Shown here: positions 27,750-37,752 of the stretch, one piece after another | How the letters are laid out: each line of letters starts with the position of its first letter | Position numbering within the stretch: position 1 is the first letter of the stretch | IMG/VR virus record: IMGVR_UViG_3300047160_009226 | Location: 96,001 to 160,000 of that record | Length of the DNA stretch: 64,000 nucleotides | From: a virus | Taxonomy: Duplodnaviria > Caudoviricetes | Reading direction: 5' to 3' (one strand) | Program-made: the position numbers and the translations under genes | Notes under the pieces: model-generated | What the model was told of the DNA's origin: nothing | The model's input: the letters and a program-made list of their open reading frames with translations, nothing else | Database searches by the model: none

Positions 27750-30700
27750 TTACGCCATAATCCAAGCTGAAATACCACCATATGGACTACCATATGCAGT
27801 CAAAGTTTGACTGCTCGCAGTTCCATTCCACAGAGCCTCTAGCAAAGTAAGCCAATGATGTCCAAGAGCTAAGTAACTTGTCATTTTGAAGACTGAAGTC
27901 GTTAGAACAGTAGCATAAACCTGTGGTGTATAATCGCAAGCATTAGTCCAACCACTGGTTTGATCAAGAGATGCACAACCATAAAAATTAACATTAGCAG
28001 CAGAAGTAGCGGATCCTAAATAATATCCATCCGCATAAAGAAACGGATCACCTGGAGAACCTCCATACAAAAAATCAACCCTGGCATTAATATCATTGTT
28101 AATCGGACGCGTAATCGTAGTATTTTGAGTTGCGTTTGTAAGAGTCCAACTAGCTATAGAATATCTGAAATATATTCGCCTACGGACCTGATTATATGCA
28201 TTCCAACAATACCGTCTTACCATCGAGTCTTCTATCTGTCCAGCGGCAGCAGTAGTACGAATAGTGCCAACCCACCTCAAATTCTGATTAGCGCCTGATC
28301 CAGAAAAATACATTCCACTAGAAAAATACAGGGCAGTAGCTCTAGTAGTATCATTAGTCCAAGCAGTTCCAATGACCAGTGTCGGAGTAGTTCCATTATT
28401 ATTCTGGACAAATATATCATAATTGGTATTGGCAGCCAACGAACTAACAGAAACCGATATGCCACTATCAGATATAGTAACATTTTCAAACACATTGCTA
28501 GTGGTGTTATATAGGGTTATTGTGTTGCCAATAAAAGGCAAATAATAAAGCGTTACAACAGCTGTGAAGTCTGCTGTTGATATTGGAGCAGCAGAATTAC
28601 ATGTCAATCTACCCTGTGCTACTGGAGTCGCTAGTGCTCCGAATGGAGCTACTGAAGCAGAATAACTAGTCGTCCCTGCTCTTACAGTAGTTCCAGTGTC
28701 CCTTATCGAAAGAGCACCAGCGGGACCAACCGCAAATCTGAGATTTTCACTGCTATCATGTATCTCAAAGAGATTAGTAGTACCCTGGTTAGTAGAACCT
28801 CTGGTAGAAATCAAGCCGCTTGGTTGCAATCTTAAAAACGGACCAGGGTCCACACTATTAGCACCTAATACCAGTGTGTTACCTGTATTTAATCCGGTGA
28901 TGTCAGGATTAGCCAGGTTACCCTGAGAATGATTAGTCACCATTCCATTAGCAGAAATAGTACCGCCAGTATTCACATTAAAAAGGCTAGTGCCACCAAT
29001 CTGCAGATCCAACAATAACGAATTAGCACCAGAGGCAGTATTAGTCATGTTGACCAATAGTGGAGCAGCAAAATTAGTAGCTGCATTATTAAATGTTCCT
29101 GTGATAGACAACGCTTGTGTAGAAGTAGTAATAGTACCAGTTGACAAAACCAGTGGAACAGGGAGGCGTGCAGACGGAATGGTACCCGATGCAAGATTGC
29201 TGGCGTTCAAACCAGTGAGAGCAGTACCTGATCCAACCAAGTTGCCAACGGTAAGAGTGCTAGTTGCATTATTAAATGTAAAGTTAGCGCTGCCAGCCAA
29301 TATCCCCGCCGAATTATACTGAACCTGAGTATCAGATCCAGCAGGACCAATTTGCTGCATGATCATCTGCCACGAATAATTAAGCTGTACACTAACATCC
29401 TGTCCTGGAATAGTAGATCCAATTTGAATGACATCGATCCGTAACAAAGTTCCGGCTGCTAAGGTACCGGTATCAAATGTCGAAGTAGTACCCGAATTGC
29501 TGCCAGCGGCCATGGTGGGCCGATTAGCCTGATTAGTCGCCCATAGTGAAGTAAAGGTAGTTCCACCATTCGTGGAGTACAAGATATCCAAGATAACACT
29601 AGTACCAGTCGGAGCTGTCTTAGCAGCGATCTTAACGCTCTGCAAAGTACAGGGCCAGTTGATAATCTCCCATGTGGTTTTATCAGTTCCCACTGTAAGT
29701 GGGGTGTTCACACCCAGTGACCAATTGACAGCCTGAGTGGTTGATGCAGCGACTGCTTGCCAGGTATTATCACCACGTAAGTAAGTAGTGTTATTAGCAG
29801 TGCCTGTTCCCAATACTGCAATGGGAACAGTACCCGATCCAAGATTGGATGCGTTAAGAGCGGTCAGTCCAGTAGCGGGGCCGTAAAATCCTCCGGTGCT
29901 TGTAACACCAGACAAAACAGTAGCACCACTATTCTGCCACTGTTGCAAATCAGCTGTCTGAGTGGTAAAAGATCTAACAATCATCTGGACTTTATTACCA
30001 GCACCAATAATTCTTGCACTATCTGTTACATCCAAACCCCAATCGTTGGCACCACCGGGAGCCAGCAATAACGCAGCTGTATTAGAGTTCACTGCACCTG
30101 AGACATTGCCATATAGACCAGTATTTCTGCTAGCTCCAGATCCATAAGAATAAGCATATACTCCATAATTAGTTGAATTAGCAGCGCCATTAGTAGTGCC
30201 ATTAACTCCCATATTCTCTATGATGCTACTATCAGCGTATCCATACACACCGATATTATAGCCACCAGTAGTAGTACATTGACCATGAACAGCATAACAC
30301 CATGCGCTAGGGGCGGTTCCTGTAACATTTCCTTCAACCCCTGTTCCAGATGTGGTAGCAGATACATTGAATTGACCTGCAATATGAGTGTCTGAACCCG
30401 TAACAACTAATGCACTCTGTGCTGCATTCCAGGTGAAATTACCACTCGCAGCAAATCCACCAGTACCATTAGAATATTGAATTTGACCAGCAGCCCCTAC
30501 CGAGCCAACAGCCGTTATTGTCTGCCAAGTACTATCACCACGGAGGAAAGTAGTGTTGTTCGCAGTACCTGATCCGAGTACAGCGGTAGCAACAGTACCA
30601 GAAGTGAGATTAGATGCATTAAGAGCAGTAATAGCCGTGCCAGATCCGGCAAGATTAGTTGCCGTAAGAGTAGTCCCATCAAAAGTCAAACCAGCGGAAC

Positions 30701-33700
30701 TAATAATTGTAGTTGAAGCACCCGAGTACAATACCTGATTAGGAGAACCATTAATAAACGCCTGATTAAAGGCTACACCACCAGGAACTTCGACTCTCCA
30801 GTGCTGTGAAGTTAAATCATACTGAATAAAAAGCCCAGTATTAGGAGTAAGTCGAACCGTTGCCCCACCAGGAATATAAAAGCGATTACCAACCAATGAA
30901 CTAGTACTGTCATGAAGCAGTGTAATATTTGTAGCACCCACATTCCAAATGTTGTGGACTTCGCCATCCTGACCAGCAGCAATCCCCGTAATACTGGCGT
31001 TTGTTGAATAACTCGCCCTCAAAAAGAAAGAAGCTCCAGGAGCCCAGTCATTCACACTATTGGATGGCAAAGTAATACTAACTGCATTAGAAGCCACGCT
31101 CTGAATAGCGAGAACTGTTCCATCAAAGGCCAGAGAAGAAGACTCAGCGAGATTATTACTTACATTAGCATAAAGAACGCGATTTGGTGTAGATCCGGAA
31201 ATCGCACCACCAATCGCCATTCCTCCACCAGTGCCAGTGCCACTCGACGCTGCCGTAATTCTCCCTTGTTGATCTACGGTAATATTGGTATTAGTATAAG
31301 ATCCAGGCGTCACAGCTGTGTTAGCTAAATAGGCAGCAGTGATTGGAGTGCCACTCCAAGTTCCAGATGTAATTGTTCCAACGGTGGTGATATCAGTACC
31401 AACTAATTTAGAAGCGGTAATGGAACCTGCGAGCATTGCATTAGTTACAACTCCAGGAGCGATTGTCGTTGCGATTGTCCCTGATCCAGAACCAGTAATG
31501 TTTCCAGTTAAAGTGAGAGTTTGTGGAGCTGCTGCCATTTGGGTAAAAAGAATTGGTGTCGTACCAATCACAAACGGACCCTGCCCAGTTTCCAACCAAA
31601 GAGTTCCTGCTTGTGTAGTCCCCTCCTCAACGACAGAGTAAGTCCCTTCTGCAACAGTAGTAGAGGAGTTATAATCAGTGGTTCTTGTCAAAATCCAGGC
31701 AACTGTTCCTGATCCTATATTTGTTACAGAATAGATGCCATTTGTGGGTGTGGTGGTCTGGTTCTTGATTAAGACTCTATCATTGGTTACAGCGGTGACA
31801 CCATCTAGAGAAAGAACTGCCAGGGTACCAGAATTTGTAAGAGTCGCTCCAACACCACTAGTGCCATTGTTGTAAGTAGCGGTCAAATTAACAGTCGAAG
31901 CTGAACGACAAGAAGCCTTAGCAGATAATCCAGAAGTGGCACTGTCCACATAGCTCTTATTAGCTACATCAGATCCTCCAACAGGAGTCGGCATTCCAGT
32001 AATAGTGCCACCAGTAATAGCTACGGCGTTAGAATTCTGAGCTGCCATCGATCCAAATGCAGTGCCATTATTATATGAATGAACCGTAGTGGCAAAACTA
32101 TTAATAGGAGTAGTAACATCTCCAGTCATAGCGGCCGTTTCCAGTGTGCTGCCGGAAAAGACGAGTGTAGCTCCCAGCGTTATATCAGTAACATTAGCAG
32201 TAATTGCTGTAGAATTGCCTACCAATGATGAAGCTGCTGATTGCCGAAATAATGTATCGGTGATGCCATTGCCTACTACAGAGATAGTACCGGTAGAACT
32301 AATAGGTCCTCCGGTCAAACCCGCTCCAGTGTTGACCTGAGTGACTGCGCCAGAAGTAAAAGGTTGCCATGTATTATCTCCTCGAAGAAATGTAGTGTTA
32401 GTAGCGGTACCTGATCCAAGTATAGCAGTAGGAACTATGCCTGAAGCGAGATTAGATGCATTAAGAGCAGTGATAGCTGTACCAGATCCAGCGAGGTTCG
32501 TAGCCGTAAAAGTGTGTGTTGTCGCATTGTAAGAAATATTCGCATTATCTTGAGCCAGAGCCAAACTAGAATCCGCATAGAGAATAGAGTTCGCAATGCT
32601 CCCAGTAATCGGTGATCCAATAGAAATAGAAGAAGCTGAACCGGCCGGTGCAGCCCAAGTATTATCTCCACGGAGGAAAGTCGTAGCTCCAGGAGTTCCC
32701 GATGCACCTAGAACTGGAATCGGAACAGTTCCGGAAGCTAAATTAGATGCATTAAGAGCCGTCAGTCCAGTAGCGGGACCGTAAAATCCTCCAGTGCTTG
32801 TAACACCAGATAAAACAGTAGCAGCACTATTATGCCACTGTTGCAAATCGGCAGTCTGTGCTGGTGCCCCTGTGATCGCAAACGTTGTCGTCGGAGAGTC
32901 CAGCGTGAACCACGGTTGTCCGGTCTTGAAGATGATTTCCTTGATCGAACAGTTCGGCCCCCCGAAACTGAGCTGGTTGTTCGCGGCGTTGGCCTGACAC
33001 CCGATCGCGATAGCGGTGGAGGTTGCCGTCGCACCGTAGCCGACCGCCAGACCGAAGACGTCTGCAGTCGCACTTATGCCGAGCGCATGGGCATACGTAT
33101 TGTTGGCTTTCGATTGATTTCCTAACGCTAAACAATACGACGTCACCGCATTGGCGTAGAAGCCAACCGCCATACCCTCTCCGGCTGCCACTGCGTTGTA
33201 CCCGACCGCCGTCCCCTGAGAATCCGCCGTTGCGGAATAACCAACCGCCACCGCATCACTGGCCGTCACGCTGGCACGTGATCCGATCACCACGGAATAA
33301 TTACATGTATCCGGGATCGACGCATAGAAGCCGATCGCCGTATTTTCACCCGTCGCATTCGCACCCGCACCAGCCGAGTACCCGATTGCGATGGACCTCG
33401 ACCCGAGCGTCTTGGCGAGCATTCCGAGCGCCACACTATACTGACCTGTCACTGTTTGACATCCGACAGAAGTCCCGTCTAAGTCCGCAGTCGCAGCTTC
33501 GCCGATTGCAACTCCATAATCACCGGTGACACTCGCCTGATCCCCCAAAGCCACACCATACGTCGTCGCATTGGCACTAATGCCAACCACCGTACTACCA
33601 CTCGACATTGCCCTCGCGCCGTACCCGACCGCCGTCCCCTGAGAATCCGCCGTCGCGGAATAACCAACCGCCACCGCCTGATTACCCGTAGCCGTCACGC

Positions 33701-36700
33701 CGGCACGTGATCCGATCGCCACGGAATAATAACATGTGTCCGGGATCGACGCCACGAATCCAACCGCCGTATTTTCTCCGTTCGCATTCGCACCCGCATT
33801 CGCCCTCGTACCAATGGCAACTGACTGTGGACCGACCGCTGCAGAGCCGGCCCCAAAATGCTCACTGTTGGCCCCGCCGGGTGCTGAAAATCCCGTCGCA
33901 ATCAACGTGGAGCCGTCGAACGTCAGGTTGGCGGATTGTGCCAAGTTGTTACTTGCATCAGAATAAAACACCCGGTTCGCCGTGCTCCCCGCAATCGGGC
34001 CGCCAATGATCGCAGGAGCGACCCACGTATTATCACCACGGAGAAAAGTCGTAGTTCCAGGAGTTCCTGATGTACCTAAAACAGGAATAGGAACAGTGCC
34101 TGAAGCCAAATTGGATGCATTAAGAGTGGTCAGTCCAGTACCGGGACCGTAAAATCCTCCAGAACTATTAACACCGGACAAAACAGTAGCGCTACTATTC
34201 TGCCACTGTTGCAAATCAGCTGTCTGAGTGCTAAAAGCTTTGACTACCATCTGGACTTTATTACCAGCACCCGCAATAATCGCACTATCTATTACCTTCA
34301 AGCCCCAATCGTTGGCACCACCTGGAGCACTCACTGAGGCAGCTATGTTAGTTGTTGCACCTGAAACACCGGCATATAAACCAGTATGGCCATCTCCAGG
34401 TCCAGAAACGACACTATATAATCCGTAATTAGCTGAGCCAGCGACAGGATCAATAGTAGCACGAAGCGCAAAATTCTCTGTGGTGCTACCAGCAGCATAT
34501 GCGGCTACACCGATATTGATGCCGCCAGTCGTAGTACATGAGCCCATAACAGCATAACACCATCCACCAGGAGCAGTCCCTGTAACCTGTCCTAGAACCC
34601 CTGTTCCCGATGTGGTCGCGGCCACGCTAAAATGACCGGCGGTGTAAGTATCACTGCCAGTCACAGTCAATGCATTCTGAGTCGTATTCCAAGTGAAGTT
34701 ACTACTTGCAGCAAATCCACCTGAACCATTAGAATATTGGACTTGACCAGCGGCTCCAGTTGCAATTGTCTGCCAGGTATTATCACCACGAAGGAAAGTC
34801 GTGTTATTCGCAGTACCTGATCCCAGCCTTGCTGTAGCTAAAGTACCGGAAATAATATTCGTGGCATTAGTGGTATCTGTAGTAGCCGAAGGTGCAAAAG
34901 CTACGCCGTTGGTTTTAGTTACAGTTGTGGCAATAGTACCCGATCCACTACCCGTCACGTCACCAGTGAAAGTAATGGTTTGAGGGGCCGCAGCCATCTG
35001 GACGAAAGCAATCGGACTCGTACTTATTGTAATCGGACTGGGTGTGGTTTGCATCCACATTGTACCAGCCTGAGTAGTTCCTTCCTCTACAACAGTGTAT
35101 GTTCCTTCTAGTACCTCTGATGTTTCATCATAATCGGTAGCCCTAGTCAAAACCCATGCTACACTAGCAGATCCGACGTTGGTCACGGTAAAGATGCCGT
35201 TCGCAAAAGTGCTAGTCTCATTCTTCACGAGTACACGATCATTGAGGTTGGCCGTGACCCCATCCATGACCAACGGTGCGAATGTTCCAGTATTGGTAAG
35301 AGTCGAACCAGGACCAGAGCCGACAGGAGTATAAGTGGCGGTCAGGTTAACAGTCGTAGCAAATCGACATGAAGTCCTGGCAGATAGTCCAGAGGTAGCA
35401 CTGTCTACATAACTCTTAGTAGCTACATCAGACCCTCCAACGGGAGTCGATATTCCAGTAATAGTACCGCCAGTAATGGCCACAGTGGTAGAATTCTGAG
35501 CTGCCATTGATCCAAATGCAGTGCCATTATTGTATGAATGAACTATAGTAGCGAAACTATTAGCGGATGTGGTAACATCCCCAGTCATAGCAATCGTTTC
35601 CAATGTACTGCCGGAAAAGGCAAAGGTAGCTCCAGTCAGTACATCAGTAACATTAGCAGTAGCTGCTGTAGGATTGCCTACCAACGATGAAGCTAGTGAT
35701 TGCCGAAACAATACGTTAGTGATGCCATTGCTTGCTACAGAAATAGTACCAGTAGAATTGATAGGGCCTCCACTAAGACCCGTTCCGGTATTGACTTGAG
35801 TAACTGTGCCAGAAGTAAAAGGTTGCCATGTATTATCTCCTCGAAGAAATGTAGTGCTATTCGCAGCACCTGTTCCCAATACTGCAGTGGGAACAGTGCC
35901 CGATCCGAGATTGGATGCATTAAGACTTGTCAGACCTGCACCTGCACCAGCTATGTTCGTAGCTATCAACGTAAAAGTGGTAGGATTATAGTAAAAATGA
36001 GCGTTGTCTTGAGCCAGTGATATACTCGAATCCACATAAAGAATGGATTTAAAAGTACCACCAGTAACTGCGGATCCAATAGAAATAGAAGAAGCTGCAC
36101 CAACAATCTGCCAAGTATTATCACCCCGGAGAAATAGGGTAGAAGAAGGTGCATTAGTTCCCAGTGCAGTAAGAGGAACAATCCCAGAAACAAGAGCCGA
36201 AGCATTGAGATTGGTAAGACCAGCACCGCTGCCCGTAGGAGTGAGATAGTCCATATTAGCAACCGCTATAGATATAACACCAGTAGTGGTCGTGCCTTTC
36301 AAAAGTCCAGTAGTCAGAGAACCAATCGCTTGAGCATTTGGTAAAGAACTGTCAGTAGTTTGAAGAATGTAGGTAGCAGTCGAAGATCCCCCACCACTAC
36401 CACCTTGACTCAAAAAGGACATCTGAATGATGTCATTATTTGCGGGAAGTGCTCCTCCACTATTCGTATAAGATACAGGAAAAGACCACCAAGTCCCATT
36501 ATTAACTGGTGAACCATTTATCACATACTTACCAAATCTAGATGCGTCGCTCTTTTCCTGAATTTCAATGCCATCGCCAATCTGAATCTTAGCGAACATG
36601 GAACTGTTATCAGTATTGTCATCAGATATGGTACTAACGTTAACTGCTGTTGCTGTAGCCCATGCGGTTGTATTAATACCGATCCGTTGACTGACAACCA

Positions 36701-37277
36701 TCGTTGTTGCCGTCGTCCAGTTCCAAGTTTGGAGATAAATCGCATTACCTGGCGGTGGTGCCGGAACCGTCGGATTCAACACCAGCCCCAAGGTACTCAA
36801 AGCAACCGTGACATCCCCTGACGGCTGCGGGACAGCCGGAACCCCGAAGAACCCAATGGCCGCCGTAGAACCCGTCGATTCGAGCCGGAACCCTTCCCGA
36901 TCGACGCCAGTGTAATCACTTACGCGAATAACGACGCGACCCAGACGGGTCGCGTCGTTAGCGTTAGCCCACACTCCATCAATATTGCCAATAGACCGGA
37001 CTACAGATGCAGGTTGACCGTAGAGGAGCAGAAGAGGTGATGTCTGATTGGTAGCCCCGTTAATTTGTACGGAGCCGTGAAAGATAGGATTGACTGACGG
37101 TGCGTAATCCTGATTAGGAACGGCCGTGAGATAAGTCGTTCCGTTACCTTTCACTAATCCATTGATCAGTGATTGCGCAACTTTACTACCAGTACCGACA
37201 AAGAGCATCGCTCCATCGGTCCCGCCCTGGATCGTCGATCCGATGGCAAGCCTTTTGCCGGACGATGTCATGAGCAT
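27750..37277 (-). CDS. giant modular tail fibre (3175 aa) with a YadA-like head segment and the shared tip domain
   Basis: Many LNASNLxSGT..LGxGT..TTFLRGDNTW fibre repeats, two KSYVD..DGVT..DRVLxKN fibre domains, AVAVGY-type left-handed beta-roll repeats, and a C-terminal tip homologous to the three downstream genes. Confidence 0.9.
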   Translation of the reverse strand: MLMTSSGKRLAIGSTIQGGTDGAMLFVGTGSKVAQSLINGLVKGNGTTYLTAVPNQDYAPSVNPIFHGSVQINGATNQTSPLLLLYGQPASVVRSIGNIDGVWANANDATRLGRVVIRVSDYTGVDREGFRLESTGSTAAIGFFGVPAVPQPSGDVTVALSTLGLVLNPTVPAPPPGNAIYLQTWNWTTATTMVVSQRIGINTTAWATATAVNVSTISDDNTDNSSMFAKIQIGDGIEIQEKSDASRFGKYVINGSPVNNGTWWSFPVSYTNSGGALPANNDIIQMSFLSQGGSGGGSSTATYILQTTDSSLPNAQAIGSLTTGLLKGTTTTGVISIAVANMDYLTPTGSGAGLTNLNASALVSGIVPLTALGTNAPSSTLFLRGDNTWQIVGAASSISIGSAVTGGTFKSILYVDSSISLAQDNAHFYYNPTTFTLIATNIAGAGAGLTSLNASNLGSGTVPTAVLGTGAANSTTFLRGDNTWQPFTSGTVTQVNTGTGLSGGPINSTGTISVASNGITNVLFRQSLASSLVGNPTAATANVTDVLTGATFAFSGSTLETIAMTGDVTTSANSFATIVHSYNNGTAFGSMAAQNSTTVAITGGTITGISTPVGGSDVATKSYVDSATSGLSARTSCRFATTVNLTATYTPVGSGPGSTLTNTGTFAPLVMDGVTANLNDRVLVKNETSTFANGIFTVTNVGSASVAWVLTRATDYDETSEVLEGTYTVVEEGTTQAGTMWMQTTPSPITISTSPIAFVQMAAAPQTITFTGDVTGSGSGTIATTVTKTNGVAFAPSATTDTTNATNIISGTLATARLGSGTANNTTFLRGDNTWQTIATGAAGQVQYSNGSGGFAASSNFTWNTTQNALTVTGSDTYTAGHFSVAATTSGTGVLGQVTGTAPGGWCYAVMGSCTTTGGINIGVAAYAAGSTTENFALRATIDPVAGSANYGLYSVVSGPGDGHTGLYAGVSGATTNIAASVSAPGGANDWGLKVIDSAIIAGAGNKVQMVVKAFSTQTADLQQWQNSSATVLSGVNSSGGFYGPGTGLTTLNASNLASGTVPIPVLGTSGTPGTTTFLRGDNTWVAPAIIGGPIAGSTANRVFYSDASNNLAQSANLTFDGSTLIATGFSAPGGANSEHFGAGSAAVGPQSVAIGTRANAGANANGENTAVGFVASIPDTCYYSVAIGSRAGVTATGNQAVAVGYSATADSQGTAVGYGARAMSSGSTVVGISANATTYGVALGDQASVTGDYGVAIGEAATADLDGTSVGCQTVTGQYSVALGMLAKTLGSRSIAIGYSAGAGANATGENTAIGFYASIPDTCNYSVVIGSRASVTASDAVAVGYSATADSQGTAVGYNAVAAGEGMAVGFYANAVTSYCLALGNQSKANNTYAHALGISATADVFGLAVGYGATATSTAIAIGCQANAANNQLSFGGPNCSIKEIIFKTGQPWFTLDSPTTTFAITGAPAQTADLQQWHNSAATVLSGVTSTGGFYGPATGLTALNASNLASGTVPIPVLGASGTPGATTFLRGDNTWAAPAGSASSISIGSPITGSIANSILYADSSLALAQDNANISYNATTHTFTATNLAGSGTAITALNASNLASGIVPTAILGSGTATNTTFLRGDNTWQPFTSGAVTQVNTGAGLTGGPISSTGTISVVGNGITDTLFRQSAASSLVGNSTAITANVTDITLGATLVFSGSTLETAAMTGDVTTPINSFATTVHSYNNGTAFGSMAAQNSNAVAITGGTITGMPTPVGGSDVANKSYVDSATSGLSAKASCRSASTVNLTATYNNGTSGVGATLTNSGTLAVLSLDGVTAVTNDRVLIKNQTTTPTNGIYSVTNIGSGTVAWILTRTTDYNSSTTVAEGTYSVVEEGTTQAGTLWLETGQGPFVIGTTPILFTQMAAAPQTLTLTGNITGSGSGTIATTIAPGVVTNAMLAGSITASKLVGTDITTVGTITSGTWSGTPITAAYLANTAVTPGSYTNTNITVDQQGRITAASSGTGTGGGMAIGGAISGSTPNRVLYANVSNNLAESSSLAFDGTVLAIQSVASNAVSITLPSNSVNDWAPGASFFLRASYSTNASITGIAAGQDGEVHNIWNVGATNITLLHDSTSSLVGNRFYIPGGATVRLTPNTGLFIQYDLTSQHWRVEVPGGVAFNQAFINGSPNQVLYSGASTTIISSAGLTFDGTTLTATNLAGSGTAITALNASNLTSGTVATAVLGSGTANNTTFLRGDSTWQTITAVGSVGAAGQIQYSNGTGGFAASGNFTWNAAQSALVVTGSDTHIAGQFNVSATTSGTGVEGNVTGTAPSAWCYAVHGQCTTTGGYNIGVYGYADSSIIENMGVNGTTNGAANSTNYGVYAYSYGSGASRNTGLYGNVSGAVNSNTAALLLAPGGANDWGLDVTDSARIIGAGNKVQMIVRSFTTQTADLQQWQNSGATVLSGVTSTGGFYGPATGLTALNASNLGSGTVPIAVLGTGTANNTTYLRGDNTWQAVAASTTQAVNWSLGVNTPLTVGTDKTTWEIINWPCTLQSVKIAAKTAPTGTSVILDILYSTNGGTTFTSLWATNQANRPTMAAGSNSGTTSTFDTGTLAAGTLLRIDVIQIGSTIPGQDVSVQLNYSWQMIMQQIGPAGSDTQVQYNSAGILAGSANFTFNNATSTLTVGNLVGSGTALTGLNASNLASGTIPSARLPVPLVLSTGTITTSTQALSITGTFNNAATNFAAPLLVNMTNTASGANSLLLDLQIGGTSLFNVNTGGTISANGMVTNHSQGNLANPDITGLNTGNTLVLGANSVDPGPFLRLQPSGLISTRGSTNQGTTNLFEIHDSSENLRFAVGPAGALSIRDTGTTVRAGTTSYSASVAPFGALATPVAQGRLTCNSAAPISTADFTAVVTLYYLPFIGNTITLYNTTSNVFENVTISDSGISVSVSSLAANTNYDIFVQNNNGTTPTLVIGTAWTNDTTRATALYFSSGMYFSGSGANQNLRWVGTIRTTAAAGQIEDSMVRRYCWNAYNQVRRRIYFRYSIASWTLTNATQNTTITRPINNDINARVDFLYGGSPGDPFLYADGYYLGSATSAANVNFYGCASLDQTSGWTNACDYTPQVYATVLTTSVFKMTSYLALGHHWLTLLEALWNGTASSQTLTAYGSPYGGISAWIMA
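29840..34760 (-). repeat. internal duplication B (~650 bp; approx. 29840..30490 and 34100..34760; partial third copy near 32740..32850)
   Basis: Both copies encode GQxQYSNGxGGFAAS..WCYAVxGxCTTTGG..APGGANDWGL..TADLQQWxNS..GGFYGP; boundaries approximate. Confidence 0.8.
31520..35950 (-). repeat. internal duplication A (~950 bp; approx. 31520..32480 and 34980..35950)
   Basis: Both copies encode WQPFTSG..TVHSYNNGTAFGSMAAQNS..KSYVDSATSGLSA..QMAAAPQT, with long identical nucleotide stretches; boundaries approximate. Confidence 0.8.
33198..33798 (-). repeat. ~175-bp direct repeat in the YadA-like segment (33198..33369 and 33621..33798)
   Basis: gtacccgaccgccgtcccctgagaatccgccgt is shared; both copies encode AGANAxGENTA..SIPDTC..AVAVGYSATADSQGTAVGY. 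Confidence 0.85.
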
Positions 37278-37292
37278 GAGAATGCTCGTCTG

Positions 37293-37745
37293 TTAGGACA
37301 GTACCTTTGCCCTCTTATAATTACCTTGAGGAGCATGCTCTGTAATCACAGCATCTTGGAGGGCTTCCAAATATTGGCTAGCTGTCATTACTCGATATCG
37401 ACTTAGAGATGATGGATTCGCCATCACTGTGCGAGCTGATGCAATCCGTGATGCTTGACGACTCGAAAGCAATGTCTCTGCTTTTTCGCCATTCGACATC
37501 CTCCAGCATCTCATATCACGATTTCGCATAGGAAACACCAGAGGCCCCCGCTCCATCAATTGGGCTTTCTTTTGGGATGTAGTTTTGATGCTATTAATAG
37601 CATCGTACAAATTAATCAAAGCAGCCTGAACAGTGCGATCCAGAGCTGAGTCATCTGGGACATCACCGACGTCCAGCAGATGAGTCAACTCCATACTCGC
37701 AGTATTCAAAGCATCAGTCGCTCTTGCCATCACACTTCGACTCAT
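37293..37745 (-). CDS. hypothetical protein
   Basis: 150-aa ORF; contains an SSRQASRIASAR linker. Confidence 0.7.
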   Translation of the reverse strand: MSRSVMARATDALNTASMELTHLLDVGDVPDDSALDRTVQAALINLYDAINSIKTTSQKKAQLMERGPLVFPMRNRDMRCWRMSNGEKAETLLSSRQASRIASARTVMANPSSLSRYRVMTASQYLEALQDAVITEHAPQGNYKRAKVLS

Positions 37746-37752
37746 ATTATCC

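Noticed and set aside
23101-28750. Diversity-generating retroelement acting on the fibre tips
   Set aside because: No reverse transcriptase in the window; the paralogs differ throughout rather than showing a near-identical TR/VR pair with adenine-specific changes.
23101-37277. Invertase-driven tail-fibre switching
   Set aside because: All cassettes are in the same orientation; no recombinase gene or inverted crossover sites were seen.
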